From Phoronis australis (Eukaryota; Animalia; Phoronida), in contig NMRA01000457.1 of the NCBI GenBank assembly GCA_002633005.1, positions 38,145 through 102,144 on the forward strand: DNA of 64,000 nucleotides. Reading direction: 5' to 3'. The notes under the pieces were generated by a model. It had not been told where the DNA came from, made no database searches, and saw only the letters and a list, made by a program, of their open reading frames with translations. Shown here one piece after another: positions 38,251-51,246 of this stretch. Both the position numbers and the translations under genes were made by a program. The number at the start of each line of letters is the position of its first letter. Positions within the stretch are counted from its first letter, which is position 1.

Positions 38251-41200
38251 ATGAGTGTAAAACGGTGCTGCTATGGCGTCTGCAAGTCTGACAGCCGGTA
38301 TGCGGCTGGACAGAAAAATCCTGTCCCAGTTTGGCCATTTCCCAAACCGAAAACTCACCTCGAGCAGTGTAAGCTATGGATAAAACTCTGTGGACGGTCA
38401 CACGTACAGCTCAAGTTGGCAATGTTGCGTGATTATCCCAAGGCTAAACATAAATATATTTGTTCCAAGTTTGGTGGCTGTAGTGTAGGCGTATCTGATT
38501 TCAACTACGCAGTTTCACTCGTCTGGCTTCATTTGTCTTAGCACCTGTTTGACCCTAGTCATCCAGCTAGCTGTATGAAGACTGTCGTCAAAATACATAC
38601 TTAGATAGTATACAGCTTTGTACCAATGCTAGTTTCACCCCAGCACTGACAATGGCACTAGCCTCAGCGGTAGTTTATGGGCATTATTATAATGAACATC
38701 GTTTTGTTTTGTAGCAAAGTGACAAACCATTTTTATTTTTATTCATATACCAATAGGGTGGTGCCTCACTGAACTTCTATCCAAAATTGTCATTTTTCGT
38801 TCGATCGACATAGTCGGCAGGGTTACTGCCTTTTTACTGAACTAAAGCCTTGTTCGAGCTGTCACAAAAACCTAAATTTCTTTTTTTGAGAACCTCTAGT
38901 TCACACTTCGTCTATGGGGTTGGAGAGGTGTCCTTTTGTAGTTGTTCAAACATGATATTTTAATCTATGAAGCTTCAAAAATATATTTTGTAAATAGCCA
39001 TTTTTTGCTTCTGGGTGCCAGTGTGTAATCTTTTGTAACCATGTCACAACTTAGTGATAGACCTCTCTCCGCAACAAAATTGATTTAATTTTGTTCTTTG
39101 TTTTGGATTAAAAGTGGCCACTGAGAATAGGAGAAAACTATAATTGTGCATGACAATACTTTATAAGTTGCTTATCATGTCTCTTTAAATTTGAGTATGA
39201 ATCAAATTCAGGTCAATGTTACTTTGGTAAGTGGTCAATTTCTAAAGCTAAACTTAGTAATTTGGTTGCTTAAAGTGGACGAGTCGCACCTTTAACAACG
39301 GTATCAAAGTTTTCTGTACTGTTTAATCACTGAAACAAATATGGTGAAAAGCCAGATAACCATGAATTGACTCAACTAACGCCCAGAAAATCATAGCTTT
39401 AACTGAAATCAAAATAAAAGTTATTATTTTCCTCAGGTAAAAATTCTCCCTTCAAATTTATTTAGCACTTCACAGACGGAAAGCCTACAAATGAAAACCC
39501 AAACCCTCTGCCATCGTGCCAATGTGACAGAGGCACACCAGTGCGTCCTCCCCCCAAACCTCGGGCTGCAACTGAGCCAATCAAGAAGAGAGGAAAGACA
39601 CTTTTCACAGAAACAAGGTAAACACATGTTATTATAGTCTCAGAACAAGGTTCATACAGTGACAGCGACAAGACCTTTGTTCAATATTACAGTTGCAAGA
39701 CATTTCACTGTGACTATATTCAGATGCATCCCAAATCAGGTGGCATGCTAGTCACTGGCTTTAAGTTGAATTTTACAAATAATATAACATAAATTGTGTG
39801 TGACAATAATGCTAAGCTTCTAGCCAAAGCAACAATCAAGAAGTTTTTTAAGTTAAAATGTCTCATTTACAACACTTCATAATTGGCATTTTCAATATGA
39901 ATGAAAATCACAGCACTAAAGCAAAAGTTGAAAAAATGCGTGCCCCTTTCTCGAATGAGCAGCAAAAGTGACAAGCCTTTGAGAAGAAATATATTGCCAA
40001 GTTAGACGATTTTCAGTTCACCAGATAATACATTTTAAACAAGTGACGTGTTCGGAGTCTGAGTGCTAGGTCTAAGGGAAAACAATACGATTGTGGCAAA
40101 TTTCACGAATCTAAAAATTACAATAAGAATAACTTTAATTCAATTTACAGTTGTTCTCACACGTTTCAGTTTCACCATGGCAGCTGACCAGATTTCACAT
40201 CTCAATAAAAACTCAGCTGAATGCTCATGTAACGGACCGACACATGCTGATCCAGAAATTCAAACTGTGGAACCAGTAGAAGGTGGGTGCAGTTTGGCGA
40301 CATGGTCAATAAACACTTATTTCATCTTCTCAAGAATTTGTTTCATGACACTGAGGTCGGGATGAATTCGTTGTATATGCAAGTCTCTTCTTGTGTACGT
40401 CACAAAATCACAGAAAGAAGCAACAGACAATAACAGCTGCCCTTGAACTTGGAACCAATGACTATGGTCTTTTCGCAACAAAATTTCATCTCCAAATTTG
40501 GACAAAAACAGAGATTCTTTTTTTGTAAGTTGTAAGTGCTTCTTGAAGATTCATATCTCGTATGCTGTATGGGCATTTCACTTCTAAAAATCCCACTTCT
40601 CCATTGTCGCATACTTTTCCATCACGCGAAGCTCCAATGAATGGAAATTCAGGATTAACTATAAATCCACAGTCATGAACGTGGTTCCCCGTTTGCTTCC
40701 GATACATGTTCTTGGCAACTTTTTCATTGCACGTTCCGTAAGTGGAGGCAGTTGCCTGAAATGGTTTGGGATTTATCTGTAATTGGAGCCTTACTAAGTA
40801 TAAACCGCCCAAAGTTAGACGCTGTAATTCTCAGTTTTCTCGCCTCAAATCATGAAAGGCAGTTAGCTTGTGCACGAGTGTCATTCTCTAGCTTTCTGGC
40901 TTCCTCAAATGTCATCTTCATAAACTCGTATTCCTCCGCATGGCAAGTAACGGCATTAGCAATCGGACTGGGATGTGGGAAGTTCAGATCACCACTAGGC
41001 TTTGATTTTCCAGAAGGTTTTCCGGGCAGTTGAATCAGTGGAGCCTGTAACAAGACAGAATTAAGATGAAAATCCATGAAAAACCTTAAAATTCCTTCGA
41101 ACAATAATGTAACTCAGCATAAAATTTCTGTCTTTCAGGTTTAATAAGTACTTTTCACCTTTGATGTTCGAGGCATTTTCAGTATGAGGGAGACAAATCT

Positions 41201-43437
41201 TCAGTGAAGTTGACAGTTTTGACTATAAATTATATCTCACAGTGATTTTTATTTCAGGCCCACCAGGTTTGAATTATTTGGCTGTTGCTGAAAACAAACT
41301 CCTTGAAGCAAAGTTGAAAACTTTAACTGATGAAGTTCATCGAGGAAAATAATTGCTGAAACAAAGAATGCAGCCACCATGAGATTTTCTGTTGCTTCAC
41401 TCAAAAACAGCCCCGTGAAAAATAATTTTGGATATCACACAGGATTCACCTTCGAAGAATTTCAAAGTATATATTTGATTTCTTAATCCCAGATAAGCAT
41501 GAGTCTCCCATGAACTTCTCCAAAACAATCAGCAGCTCCCTTATGAAAAAGCTTCAGGAAATTCTAATCACAAAAGTCAGTGAGAATCTCACTGGATTCC
41601 AGTTAGATTCCACTGAAAATCTAACTAATTAAGATGCCATTTAAATTAGTGAGAAAAAATTCTCACTCTAGTGAGAATACAGTGATATTCCACTTAGAAT
41701 TCAGTGAGAATTTAACTAAGTTGCAGAGCATTCCCACTCAGTGAGAATTTTGTTTTTTACTGAAATTCTCAGTCAGTAGGAATGCTATGCAAATTAGTGA
41801 AAATATGTGTTACTGAAATTCTCACTGAGTGAAAATCTCACTGGGTGAGAATTTTGAACTTAGAAAATTTTGCGAGTGTTCCTTTTATACAGCCACTGAC
41901 TGAATAGATGAGAGATCAAAGCTTTTTTGGTAACCAAAACACTGCTTATTTTTGTGAGTTTATCTTGAAATTTGACTAAGGATAAAATTTAATAGCAAAT
42001 TGTGAAATATTAAGCAGACATAAACTAAAAACTAAAAATGCCTTTGGTGAATCGCCAAAATACTGAAAACTCAGCTGTCAACGCAGAATGAAGACATCAG
42101 TCTAATACTTGTGCTTCATGCACTCTACTAGATGTATGAAATGTACTAACCTTAAGCTTATTAACACACAAAATCAGTCCAGGGTCCCCTCTGGTTGACT
42201 TGCAGACAAACTGTTCAGTAATGTCACAATATTTGTGAGAAAAGCATCAACAATCTTCAAGCTATTTCTCCAACTGCTCATTCCTGGTGCCATTTTAGTT
42301 TGAATTCAGAAATCTGGTTCAACTGAAATTTCCACAGTTACAGCCAATCAGGGTGTTTGTTTATCTTAAATGTTCACTGAATTGTAACTCCAATTTTGGC
42401 AAGTCCAAATTCTCACTCAGTTCTCACTCAGATTTTTTCTAAGTCTGAAATTCTCATTGATTCCCACTCACAATTCTCACTGGATTCTCACTGTTATAAT
42501 ACATAACATTTTCTCACTATTTTCTCACTGACTGCTCCTGTTGTTCAATTCCCACTGGGTTGTCACTGGCATTTCTTACTATAATTGGTGATTTGGTGAG
42601 AATCTAACTGGAATCTAACTGGAATCCAATGAGATTCTCACTTTCTTTTGCGTAAGTGAGTCCTAAGAACATGTCACTGCAAGACCAACTCCTGCTTACG
42701 TTAACGAAACTGCGATTGAATTTCGATTTCAAACACTTGGCAACTCTTTATGGGATGTCTCCTCAGGATGCTGCACAGCGCTTTTCAGAGAGTGGATCAA
42801 CTTCATGTTCTACAAATTTGGGTCAGTAACAATTTGGCCAAACCACGACATTCTCTACAAACATATGCTGCCAAAGTACAAGAAAGATTTTCCAGACACT
42901 TTCCTCATCATAGATGGCACAGAAATCGAAGTGGAAAAGCCGAGTTCTCTGAGAAGCCAAAGTCAGTGTTATTCAGATTACAAGTCGTGTACCACTCTAA
43001 AAGGACTTTTAGGAGTGGACCCCAGGGGATCATTTACTTTTATATCCATGCTATTTTCGTGGTCAATGTCAGATAATGATATCACAAGATCAAGTGGCTT
43101 ACTGACAATGCTTCAGCATTGACTGCGGTAATTTAATGCAAGGTGATGGCATCATGGCAGACAAAGACTTTTTAATTAGAAAAGAAATTGAAAATATTGG
43201 ACTGAAATTATACATCCCCTTTTGCACCAGGTTGTGGTCAGATGTCACCTAGTGATGTTGCCTTAACCAAATAGATAGCTGCTCACAGGGTCCATGTTGA
43301 AAGAGCTATTTCAAGAGCGAAAAAAAATTCAAAATTGTTGACCATAGATTAGCGTTAAGTTTATTTGCTTTTGTGAATCAGATTGGGTTCGTATGCTGTT
43401 TTTAACACGATTCATGCCATATTTCATACAGGAATAA
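38251..43437 (+). pseudogene. THAP-HTH-DDE (Harbinger-like DDE_Tnp_4) transposase pseudogene, 4 exons
   Basis: Exon 1 38251-38469 (MSVKRCCYGVC...FPKPK...C..W...CGR...YICSK; donor mutated). Exon 2 39466-39617 (HFTDGKPTNENPNP, completes THAP). Exon 3 40170-40282. Exon 4 41258-43437 (coiled coil, GYHTGF, LSPKNMSLQDQLLLTLTKLRLN HTH, IIDGTE, YSDYK, MADKDF, HVERAI). Intron phases 0/2/1 are compatible. Stops, frameshifts and a MITE insertion are present. Confidence 0.85.
41538..42658. mobile_element. EnSpm/CACTA-like non-autonomous element inserted in the transposase exon
   Basis: Ends CCCTTATGAAAAAG ... CTTTTGCGTAAGTG, with many subterminal AGTGAGAAT/ATTCTCACT repeats in opposite orientation at the two ends. 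Removing it rejoins the transposase reading (TISS-LSPKNMSLQDQ). Confidence 0.7.
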
Positions 43438-44220
43438 AATGCATTATATTTAGCTAAAGTTGACTGAACATGATTATGCTCAAATGTGCCTCACATTAGT
43501 GGATATTTTCTTCAAGCTTGAATTTCAAGATTGTCAAAGCTTTCTGTAAATGACTAAAAAGCTTGAACAATATTCAATTGGTCTTGATTAAATAATGTCG
43601 CTAAGCTAGTTGTGCACCTTTTAGATCGATTAATGTTGCCAATTATAGACGGATGTACCTGATGTGCTAAGGAACTTCCCAGGCTATAAGTACCGGATGG
43701 TGTGTCAATCAGCTTGTGTGGTAGAGTAGCCCGGTATGAGATCGGTGTGTCCTTGACTCTCTTTAACACATCCAGGTCTCGACTTTCAATGGCTTTCACC
43801 TTTCTGGAAAAGATAGGAGCATATTAAAATCTCTTGCAATTGCCGAAGCTTCTTCAAGCCATAAGCATGTTTAGATCTACGAGTGCTTTGGTAATGTTTC
43901 AACTGTCTTCGGGAAAGTCATTACATTCATGTGGCAATGGTGGTTGTTTCCATTTAGTTTCAAATCATTGAGTCGTGATAATTGTCTCATTACCATGGTA
44001 CACCATTTGTGGCTTAATTTCTCAAAGGGATTTTTTCATCTTACTTTGAACCTGCCTAGTTTTGGCTAGCCATCGCACACTTGAATACGCATTAAACTAT
44101 TCATATAAGAGCCTATAAAATGATGTAATTTTGTGCTGTACAGGCGATGGCGTAGAAAGACAAGGTCAGGAGGGGTCATGGGTCACTGCTAGTGGAAGGG
44201 GCTGGCTCTCATCCTGACAG

Positions 44221-44912
44221 CCAGTGAGAATCTCACTGGAATCCTGTTAGTTTCCAGTGAGAATCTAACTAATTAAGATTCCATTCAAATTAACGAGAAA
44301 AATTCTCACTAGTGAGAATACAGTGATATTCCAGTTAGAATTCAGTGAGAATCTAACTAATTTGCATAGCATTCTCACTCAGTGAGAATTTGTCTGACTG
44401 AAATTCTCACGGAGTGAGAATGCTATGCAAATTAGTGAGAATTTGTTTTACTGAAATTCTCACTGAGTGAAAATCTCACTTGCAGACAAACTGCTCATTC
44501 TGGCGCAATTTTAGTTTGAATTCAGAAATCAACTGAAATTTCCAAAGGAACAGCCCGCAATCAGGGTGTTTGTTTATCTTAAATTCTCGCTGGATTCTCA
44601 CTCCAATTTTGGCAAGTCCAAATTCTCACTCAATTCTCACTCAGAAATTTTCTAAGTCTGAAATTCTCACTGATTCTCACTCAAAATTTTCCTAAGACCA
44701 AACGTCACACTGGTTTATCACTCTGAATTTTCCTAATACCAAAATTCTCACTGGATTCTCACTGTTACATTATTGTTTTCTCACTATTTTCTCACTGACT
44801 GTTCCTGTTGTTCAATTCCCACTGGGTTCTCACTGACATTGTGATTTAGTGAGAATCCAAACTGAAATCTAACTGGAGTCCAGTGAGATTCTCATTTTCT
44901 TTTTCATAAGGG
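44221..44912. mobile_element. Second, internally deleted copy of the AGTGAGAAT EnSpm-like element
   Basis: Colinear with 41578-42658 with internal deletions; right end TTTTCATAAGGG; left terminus missing. Confidence 0.7.
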
Positions 44913-47900
44913 GAATACCCCAAGCACCACAGGGGCAACAACTTGGTTTTGAAGGATACGGAGAGGAATGTTGACTGGAGAGGGCTCCCAAGTAGGCATT
45001 TAGTGGGGGCGAATATCTTTCGTCCTCGCAACGCCAGTATGGACATTTAAGTCCATTACAATGTCAGTTCAATTCAGCTCGGTAATTTGTTGAGGTTAAA
45101 AATTATCTTCTGTCAATCAAATAAAATATTAATGATCAGTTGACTATTGTAGTGTACTGCATTCACAATGATAGTGAAGCAAAAAGTAAGATTTGTCAAA
45201 ATTGAGGTCGCTAAGTAACAGCAAGCCAGTGTAGTTGAAAGTATAAGCCAGAATTTAATTCAGGGTTTTGTGAAGGACCTAATCACTTCTGTAATGAAAG
45301 TGTAGTATAATTATGTTGCATTCTAATATATACATGTACCTACTGTCAGTAAACACAGCCACCACTGGTCTTCGTTTGCGATCTTTGTTTCCTGGCTTTG
45401 AAATTATCATTTAGGATACTGGCTCACCCTGCACCTTGTGGCCACGTGGCTTGTCCCACTGCTGGGGCAGGCTTGTGCAGGCTTGCTGACTTGGCACCTC
45501 ACGAAGTCCCTCCAGCTTCCAGTCCCTAATAGACATCACTACAGCCAACACATGAGCACACTGACCAGATAACCTGAAATTAAAGGTTGTGTTAATGCAA
45601 CTGTTTTTAATAGAGACTGCATTTACCTGTTAACTCACCAAAGTACAAAGGACATTTCACAGCATTAATTCTTGCATGCATAATCTGTTTGTCATTGCAT
45701 GTTTAGATGCTCTTCCATAACGCTAAGAAATTCCAAGCACATGGTCATTTCAAAAACACTGCTCAAACTTCAAAAATTGCATTATCAGTGCAAAGAACAT
45801 GACTGATTTTTATGACACATTCATGACAGGTGATCGGCCAAAATTTTCACAGTTCTTCATTGCATACACTTTCAAGGGGGATGATAGTAATTCTCATCAT
45901 AACGGATTAAACTACTAATATTAATTAACCCGGCCCATCAGAAAATTGCCTTTGAATTTGCAAGTTTTCGTTGCTTTCTCAAATCAAGGCTATTACTTGG
46001 TAATGTAGATCCTATACCAACACCCAAAATTATTCACATCAAATTTAGTCATATTTCATTAAAAAATACAAATGTAATGGGCATCAGTTGACCATTAACA
46101 CAATGGCTGAAGCATATATACAGGCTAAGAATGTGAATCACCTGCTCCCAAATATCCAAGGCCATGATATTAGACACCTAACCTTATTGCCTGCTGTGAG
46201 ATCACAGCAAACAACATTGAAGTATGATTTCATCCCTGATAATTGGTAATGACTATATAGATTTGAAAATTGAAAAACAGCAGCATTGGACATTGGTCAG
46301 TTTTCATAGTGTATTTCATGGGGAGGTGCAGGTTGGCATTAGCCACCTAAATTCTCGATTTTGCATTGAATACAGCAATTACTTAGTTTTGACTCTTGCA
46401 CAGTGTACACAGTAGGCCTAATCAATATTTGAGAGACTTGTCGAAGTGTAGCTGTTTAATGGGCAGACTTCAAACACTTAGTTCAGTCTTCAAGGAACAA
46501 GATGTAAATAATTGTTTTACTTACACCGCTCTCGTGTATAGGTGGCTGCCGCAAGCAAAATGAAACAGCAAACAGCATGAACCATGAGGAAATAATGACT
46601 TCAGGAACAAGTACCGGTAGCGGATGAGAAGGGGGCTCAGACGCAGAATCACGTTTCACGCTTTTCTGAAGGGAAGGTCAACATCCTGAGCCGCCCAACT
46701 TTCAGGTCGCCTGTGCACATACTATTGCGCTGTGCCAATTTCCCCCAGGATGTTGCTCCCCCCCCTCTATGGTATCCTAGATCCTCCACTGTCATGTTAA
46801 CACTATGAGTATGGCCAATTCCGTCCATTAATTTATTAATATTACTTGAACAAAACCCTACCGCTTGCCTTCGGACACCATGGATGAGTGAGCACCTGAG
46901 CCGTGACTGTTTTTAATCAACCTCCTTTCACTCGAAGATTAGTAAAGCGTAAATATTGCTATCGACTAGAACTACTTAACGCTGGGAATCTCATGTTATG
47001 ACCAAATTTTCATTTGGCGGAATTTAGCAGACGATAGAACAAAAATATATAAGAATCTTCAACAACTTGTTCAATTGTTCAAAATGTTATGAAATCTATG
47101 GCATCATATAGATAATCACGACATTAACGTACATACCCAGCTTTACACGAACATATTGCATCAGTGGCCTTGTCGTTGGTCAGCTGCATGTGTACAGTGT
47201 GTGGATTTTCGGATTTCCTTTGGTTCCTAAAACCTTTACCCCTAACGTTTATAAAGCCATTGTCACCCTTGTGAAGTCTCAAGTCGTGAACGTACGACAG
47301 TCTGCTGAAGAGCATGGCTTGTTGTCGTTGTCTTAGGGTTTTGCTATAGTCCAAAAAACACTCGTCTATTCCATCAGGAACCTCGTTCAGCGGCACTGCA
47401 TTCGCCTCTGACATCTAGTTTTTTGTCGGATATCACGTGATTTTTCGAAAGGGAGCGGAGCTTGCGATAGGTCAGTTGGGAAGATATACATCTTCCCCTA
47501 TTAGACTCGAATGGACAACCGTGTAATAACCCATTTAGTTGCCTCACTAGTGAGATAACATTTTGGCGGGAACCGACGCCGGTTTCGAACCCGAGTCGTC
47601 GACTTTACCACGTCATCGAACGTGAAAATAATATACTTAAATACAATCGCATGTTCAACAAAGGGCATTGTACCGGCATTTACACGCTATGAACAATAAG
47701 ACACATAATTTATTAAAAACGATATTTTAATTCAGTGAAAATTTTCTCTCATGTTCTCTCACTTGTAAATCACCGATCTCCATTTTGAATGCGGATATCG
47801 TGTTGTCAGGATCCTTTGGCTTGTTGCCAGTGGTAACCTATTTTAGCAGACGGTAATTTCCCAGTCGAAGCTTGCTAAACCTTAATTTGCCGATTCATCC

Positions 47901-50900
47901 TATTTCAATTTTGTTTAAATTTTCAATTGGTTTTGAGCACAAGCATTATTTGACAAAAATAGCTCGGTTTTTCTTAAAAAGTCACGACCTCCGACCTCGA
48001 CAGAGAAATGAGTTCAAGGCATAACTCATTGAGGAAGGCCAGGTAGAGGTTTAGGCCAGTGTCCCTTTCAATTATTGGAGAAAAGTTACGTTAACCGAGG
48101 CATCACATGAACCGAAGGTGATTTGTATGTCATTTTGGCACTATATCAATAAATTGAGCATGAAGTTATGAAGAAATGACGTGTTAAATAAAACGCAGTG
48201 TTTGTTTTTCGTAGTTTTGTCAGATTCTCTTACTTTTCGACACTTTTCTGTTGCAAGAAGCGATCGGGAACGCAAAGATAAGCGATCGAGAACGCAACTT
48301 TGTGTTTGTTTATATTATAGGGAACGCATCGTGGTGTGTCGAGCAATAATGAACTATTTACTTTTAAAATGAGAAAAGGTTACAAAATAAGTGTGGTGCG
48401 ATGAATTTTAATCACATCTTCCGTCATTACTGTGTTACTTTTGTATCAAATCTAAACAATAGCAAAACATATTACCATTAAATGGCCATGAGCACTAAAT
48501 GTACATCAAGCATAGTTATAGATATTTTCAAAATGAATTTATTTTCATTTCAGGAGACAAGTTCACTGTTATTATTGTGAGGCGAGCTTCAACGAACATG
48601 TTACCCACGACGTGAAGGTACACCCTACTAGATTTTTGAAATACAGACATCTCCATTTAGACGACACCACTGGGAACAAGGGGCTCTAAACTACGACTCA
48701 CCCAGGAGTTGTTTCATGTAGCGTGTCAGCCAGGGGTAAACAAATTGTTGCAGCTGATGAAAGTGAGTGTAGCATCTTCTTGTAAAAATGTGACAGCAAA
48801 AGGATAAAAAACAAACAGCCAGTGAAGTCAAAGAATGGTGACGAGCTTGCCCGTGGGGAGAGAGAGGAGTGCGGCAACACCGTTCATGGGATGATTAAAA
48901 AATTCCGGCTCATGAACGTCAGAATTTAAAAAATTGTCAGAAGTTGTGTAAACTGTTGTGGTGATAAAACGGGTGGGATTTTGCTTGATGTTTTGCTGAT
49001 AACATCGATACAGAGATGAACAGATTGACTTGCGGCACCCATGTACGTTTTGTTTGACTCTTCTGTTTTGTAGTCTTGGTCCTAAGTTCACCGTGCATCT
49101 TCAGTTCATGGTCGCCAGCATAATATGACATTGAAAAAGAGTGAGACACTTATAATAAACGAACTATATTGTGGTTTTCTCAAAACGTAGCCAACATGTT
49201 GTCTTTAACGTCCCGTCAAGACACACAGGAAATCAACTTCAATATTATAGCATTTCTATAATAATATTAATCTTTTATCACACATACCTCAAAATTGGTC
49301 ATCCAAAAAGATATAAAATATCGCTTTAGGGAAATCAACATTACAAACCCATTGAACATTTCCTACAAATTATTTTTGGAATATATTTGACTAAATCATC
49401 GCTTAATCATAGACACAGTATTTCGGACCGGCTGATAGTATAGAAGTCTCACGCACTAAATCAACAACAATATGGAAGCAATTTCTACAATAATCTTAGA
49501 CATTTATTTTCTTTTAAAATACTAAATGGCCGAAAGAATTGTTTTTAAGTTTTTCCCCATGACACTTAGTATGGTCATTTAAATCTACCTAAACACATCA
49601 AAAATGCACTGGTTCTGTTAAAGATCCTGTTGAAATAACACAAATATAGAAAGGAACTTGAAGAAAAAAGGGTCAAAACAAAACGTCAAAATACTATCAC
49701 ATCAGCCAACTACAAAATATAAAGTCGGTAAATCTGAATAAACTATAGCGACTTAACAACCTTCATTCAAGACGTTTCTGCTTCTTATGTCCTGTAGAAG
49801 GAGGCATACAGTTTGCATGACATGCCACATTCACCACAAAAAGGAGTGTCCTCGTGCTGTGACGCAGCGTAGCATCAGGCTCACTCTTTCCGTGAAACAT
49901 TGATCACAGATACATGTAGGACACTGAATCGACTTGGTTCCTGAGCACGATGCTTCATGTTATGTTTTCTTATATCGGTAAAAAAACTTTTCACGCATGC
50001 AACACGTCAATCACAGGGCTGGTAAAGGTCTTGCTTGCTGTAGTGTCACTGTGTTTTATTGCCACGTGGTCATACTAAGTCGCTTTCTTAGTTCCTAAAC
50101 GAAGCTATATAAACACACTCCTTTGTGACATGCAGCAATTGTACTACTTTTTTTTGAAGGCGTGGACGTTAACACCCTGAAGGACTCGTATGGCTGCATT
50201 TCAACTGAAAAAAGTCAAACGCATTTAGTTATACTTGTTAGGCTAAATATAACAAAGAAATCATGAAAAACGATGAAATATAATTAATAATCAACGCATC
50301 AACTAATTTAGGGTTCACATTATTCTAAAATTATTGACATAATACCGTAACTTGAAGGACTATTCAAGCCAATGCAGAGAAAAAAAGTACTTTCACGATT
50401 GTTTTTTTTTTGCGTTCACAATCGCCATAGAGAATAAACGACAAGGAGCTGCTTGTATTGGTAAATATCTTGAATTGTTTTACAAATTATAACTAACAAA
50501 GGTATCACCAGGCACGATTAAAGTATAAACGTCTCACATCTCTACTTAAGAACCCTGCAATTGCTAATAACAAGTAGAAATTGTCGATTTTACGAGACGC
50601 AAGCCATTTTACCGAAAGCCATTGCTTTCTGCGCTCTTTATTTTAAAAAAATACGCAAAATCCAAGTATTGTTTCAGATCCATAACAAAGGCTACACTCT
50701 GGCACTATTCTGTGCGTCGCATTCGTATCAAAGTAGCCTCTATGTAATAAGAAAATGATACTTAAACTCACCGGGTACGTCACTGTCGTCTGCCATTTTT
50801 GGTGTAAGGTCTCGTTCTCGATCGCCTTCCGGGCGTTCTTGATCGCGGGTTGGCCGGGGTGAATATTAAGTCAACGAGGTGTACATAGCATAAACCGATG

Positions 50901-51073
50901 CCGGGAAAAACCAAGACAAAATATCGTTTTGATCCCGTGGAAGTTGTGAAAAGAAATAAATCATCGCCCAAATTCATTAACTTTATTGGTAATTTGACGT
51001 TCCGCTATTTCGATCTACTCGGGGTGCTCTTGGTTCGTGTATAGTGTACATAATGAATTGTTGACCTACTAAT

Positions 51074-51246
51074 TGACCTATCGCCAGGATTTTGAGTGAC
51101 GACTTAACTGACCATTTAGAACGCATCATTATTGACACACCTTCGTTTCCAAGCCGCCATTTTACCCGACAAACAACACGTTGCACGTTAAAACTTATTG
51201 TTTGTTAGTCGACATTATGCAAGAGGGTGGAGCTTGCGACAGGTCA
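51074..51246 (+). mobile_element. 173-bp non-autonomous MITE of the ISL2EU family above
   Basis: AT|TGACCTATCGCCAGG ... AGCTTGCGACAGGTCA|AT. About 110 bp aligns with 38089-38205 (cttaactgacca, tgacacaccttcg, aagccgccattttacccgacaaa), and the right end matches 47450-47474. Confidence 0.85.

Larger units (their letters stand above)
40317..47414 (-). pseudogene. SWIM zinc finger + YqaJ (lambda-exonuclease family) pseudogene, 4 exons
   Basis: Exon 1 47414-47137 (...AICSCKAG|gtatgt). Exon 2 45573-45340 (LSGQCAHVLAV...CTSLPQQWDKPRG). Exon 3 43803-43659 (...TPSGTYSLGSSLAHQ). Exon 4 41044-~40317 (LENDTRAQ..W/*FEARKLRITASNFG, YG..NE..A, CGFIVNPEFPFIGASRDG, LEVKCPY, HWFQVQGQL, CDFVTYT). Canonical GT/AG with phases 2/2/0 consistent; contains stops and frameshifts. 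Confidence 0.85.
38089..47474 (+). mobile_element. ISL2EU-type (PIF/Harbinger/ISL2EU group) DNA transposon, full length but decayed
   Basis: Termini AT|TTACCTATCGCCAG (38089) and CTTGCGATAGGTCA|GT (47474), a degenerate AT TSD. The same termini with a perfect AT TSD occur in the MITE at 51074-51246. It encodes THAP+DDE_Tnp_4-like transposase and SWIM+YqaJ exonuclease remnants, the diagnostic ISL2EU pair. Confidence 0.85.

Noticed and set aside
43860-44095. hAT-like fragment (YSSVRWLA) on the minus strand
   Set aside because: Single short motif, insufficient support.
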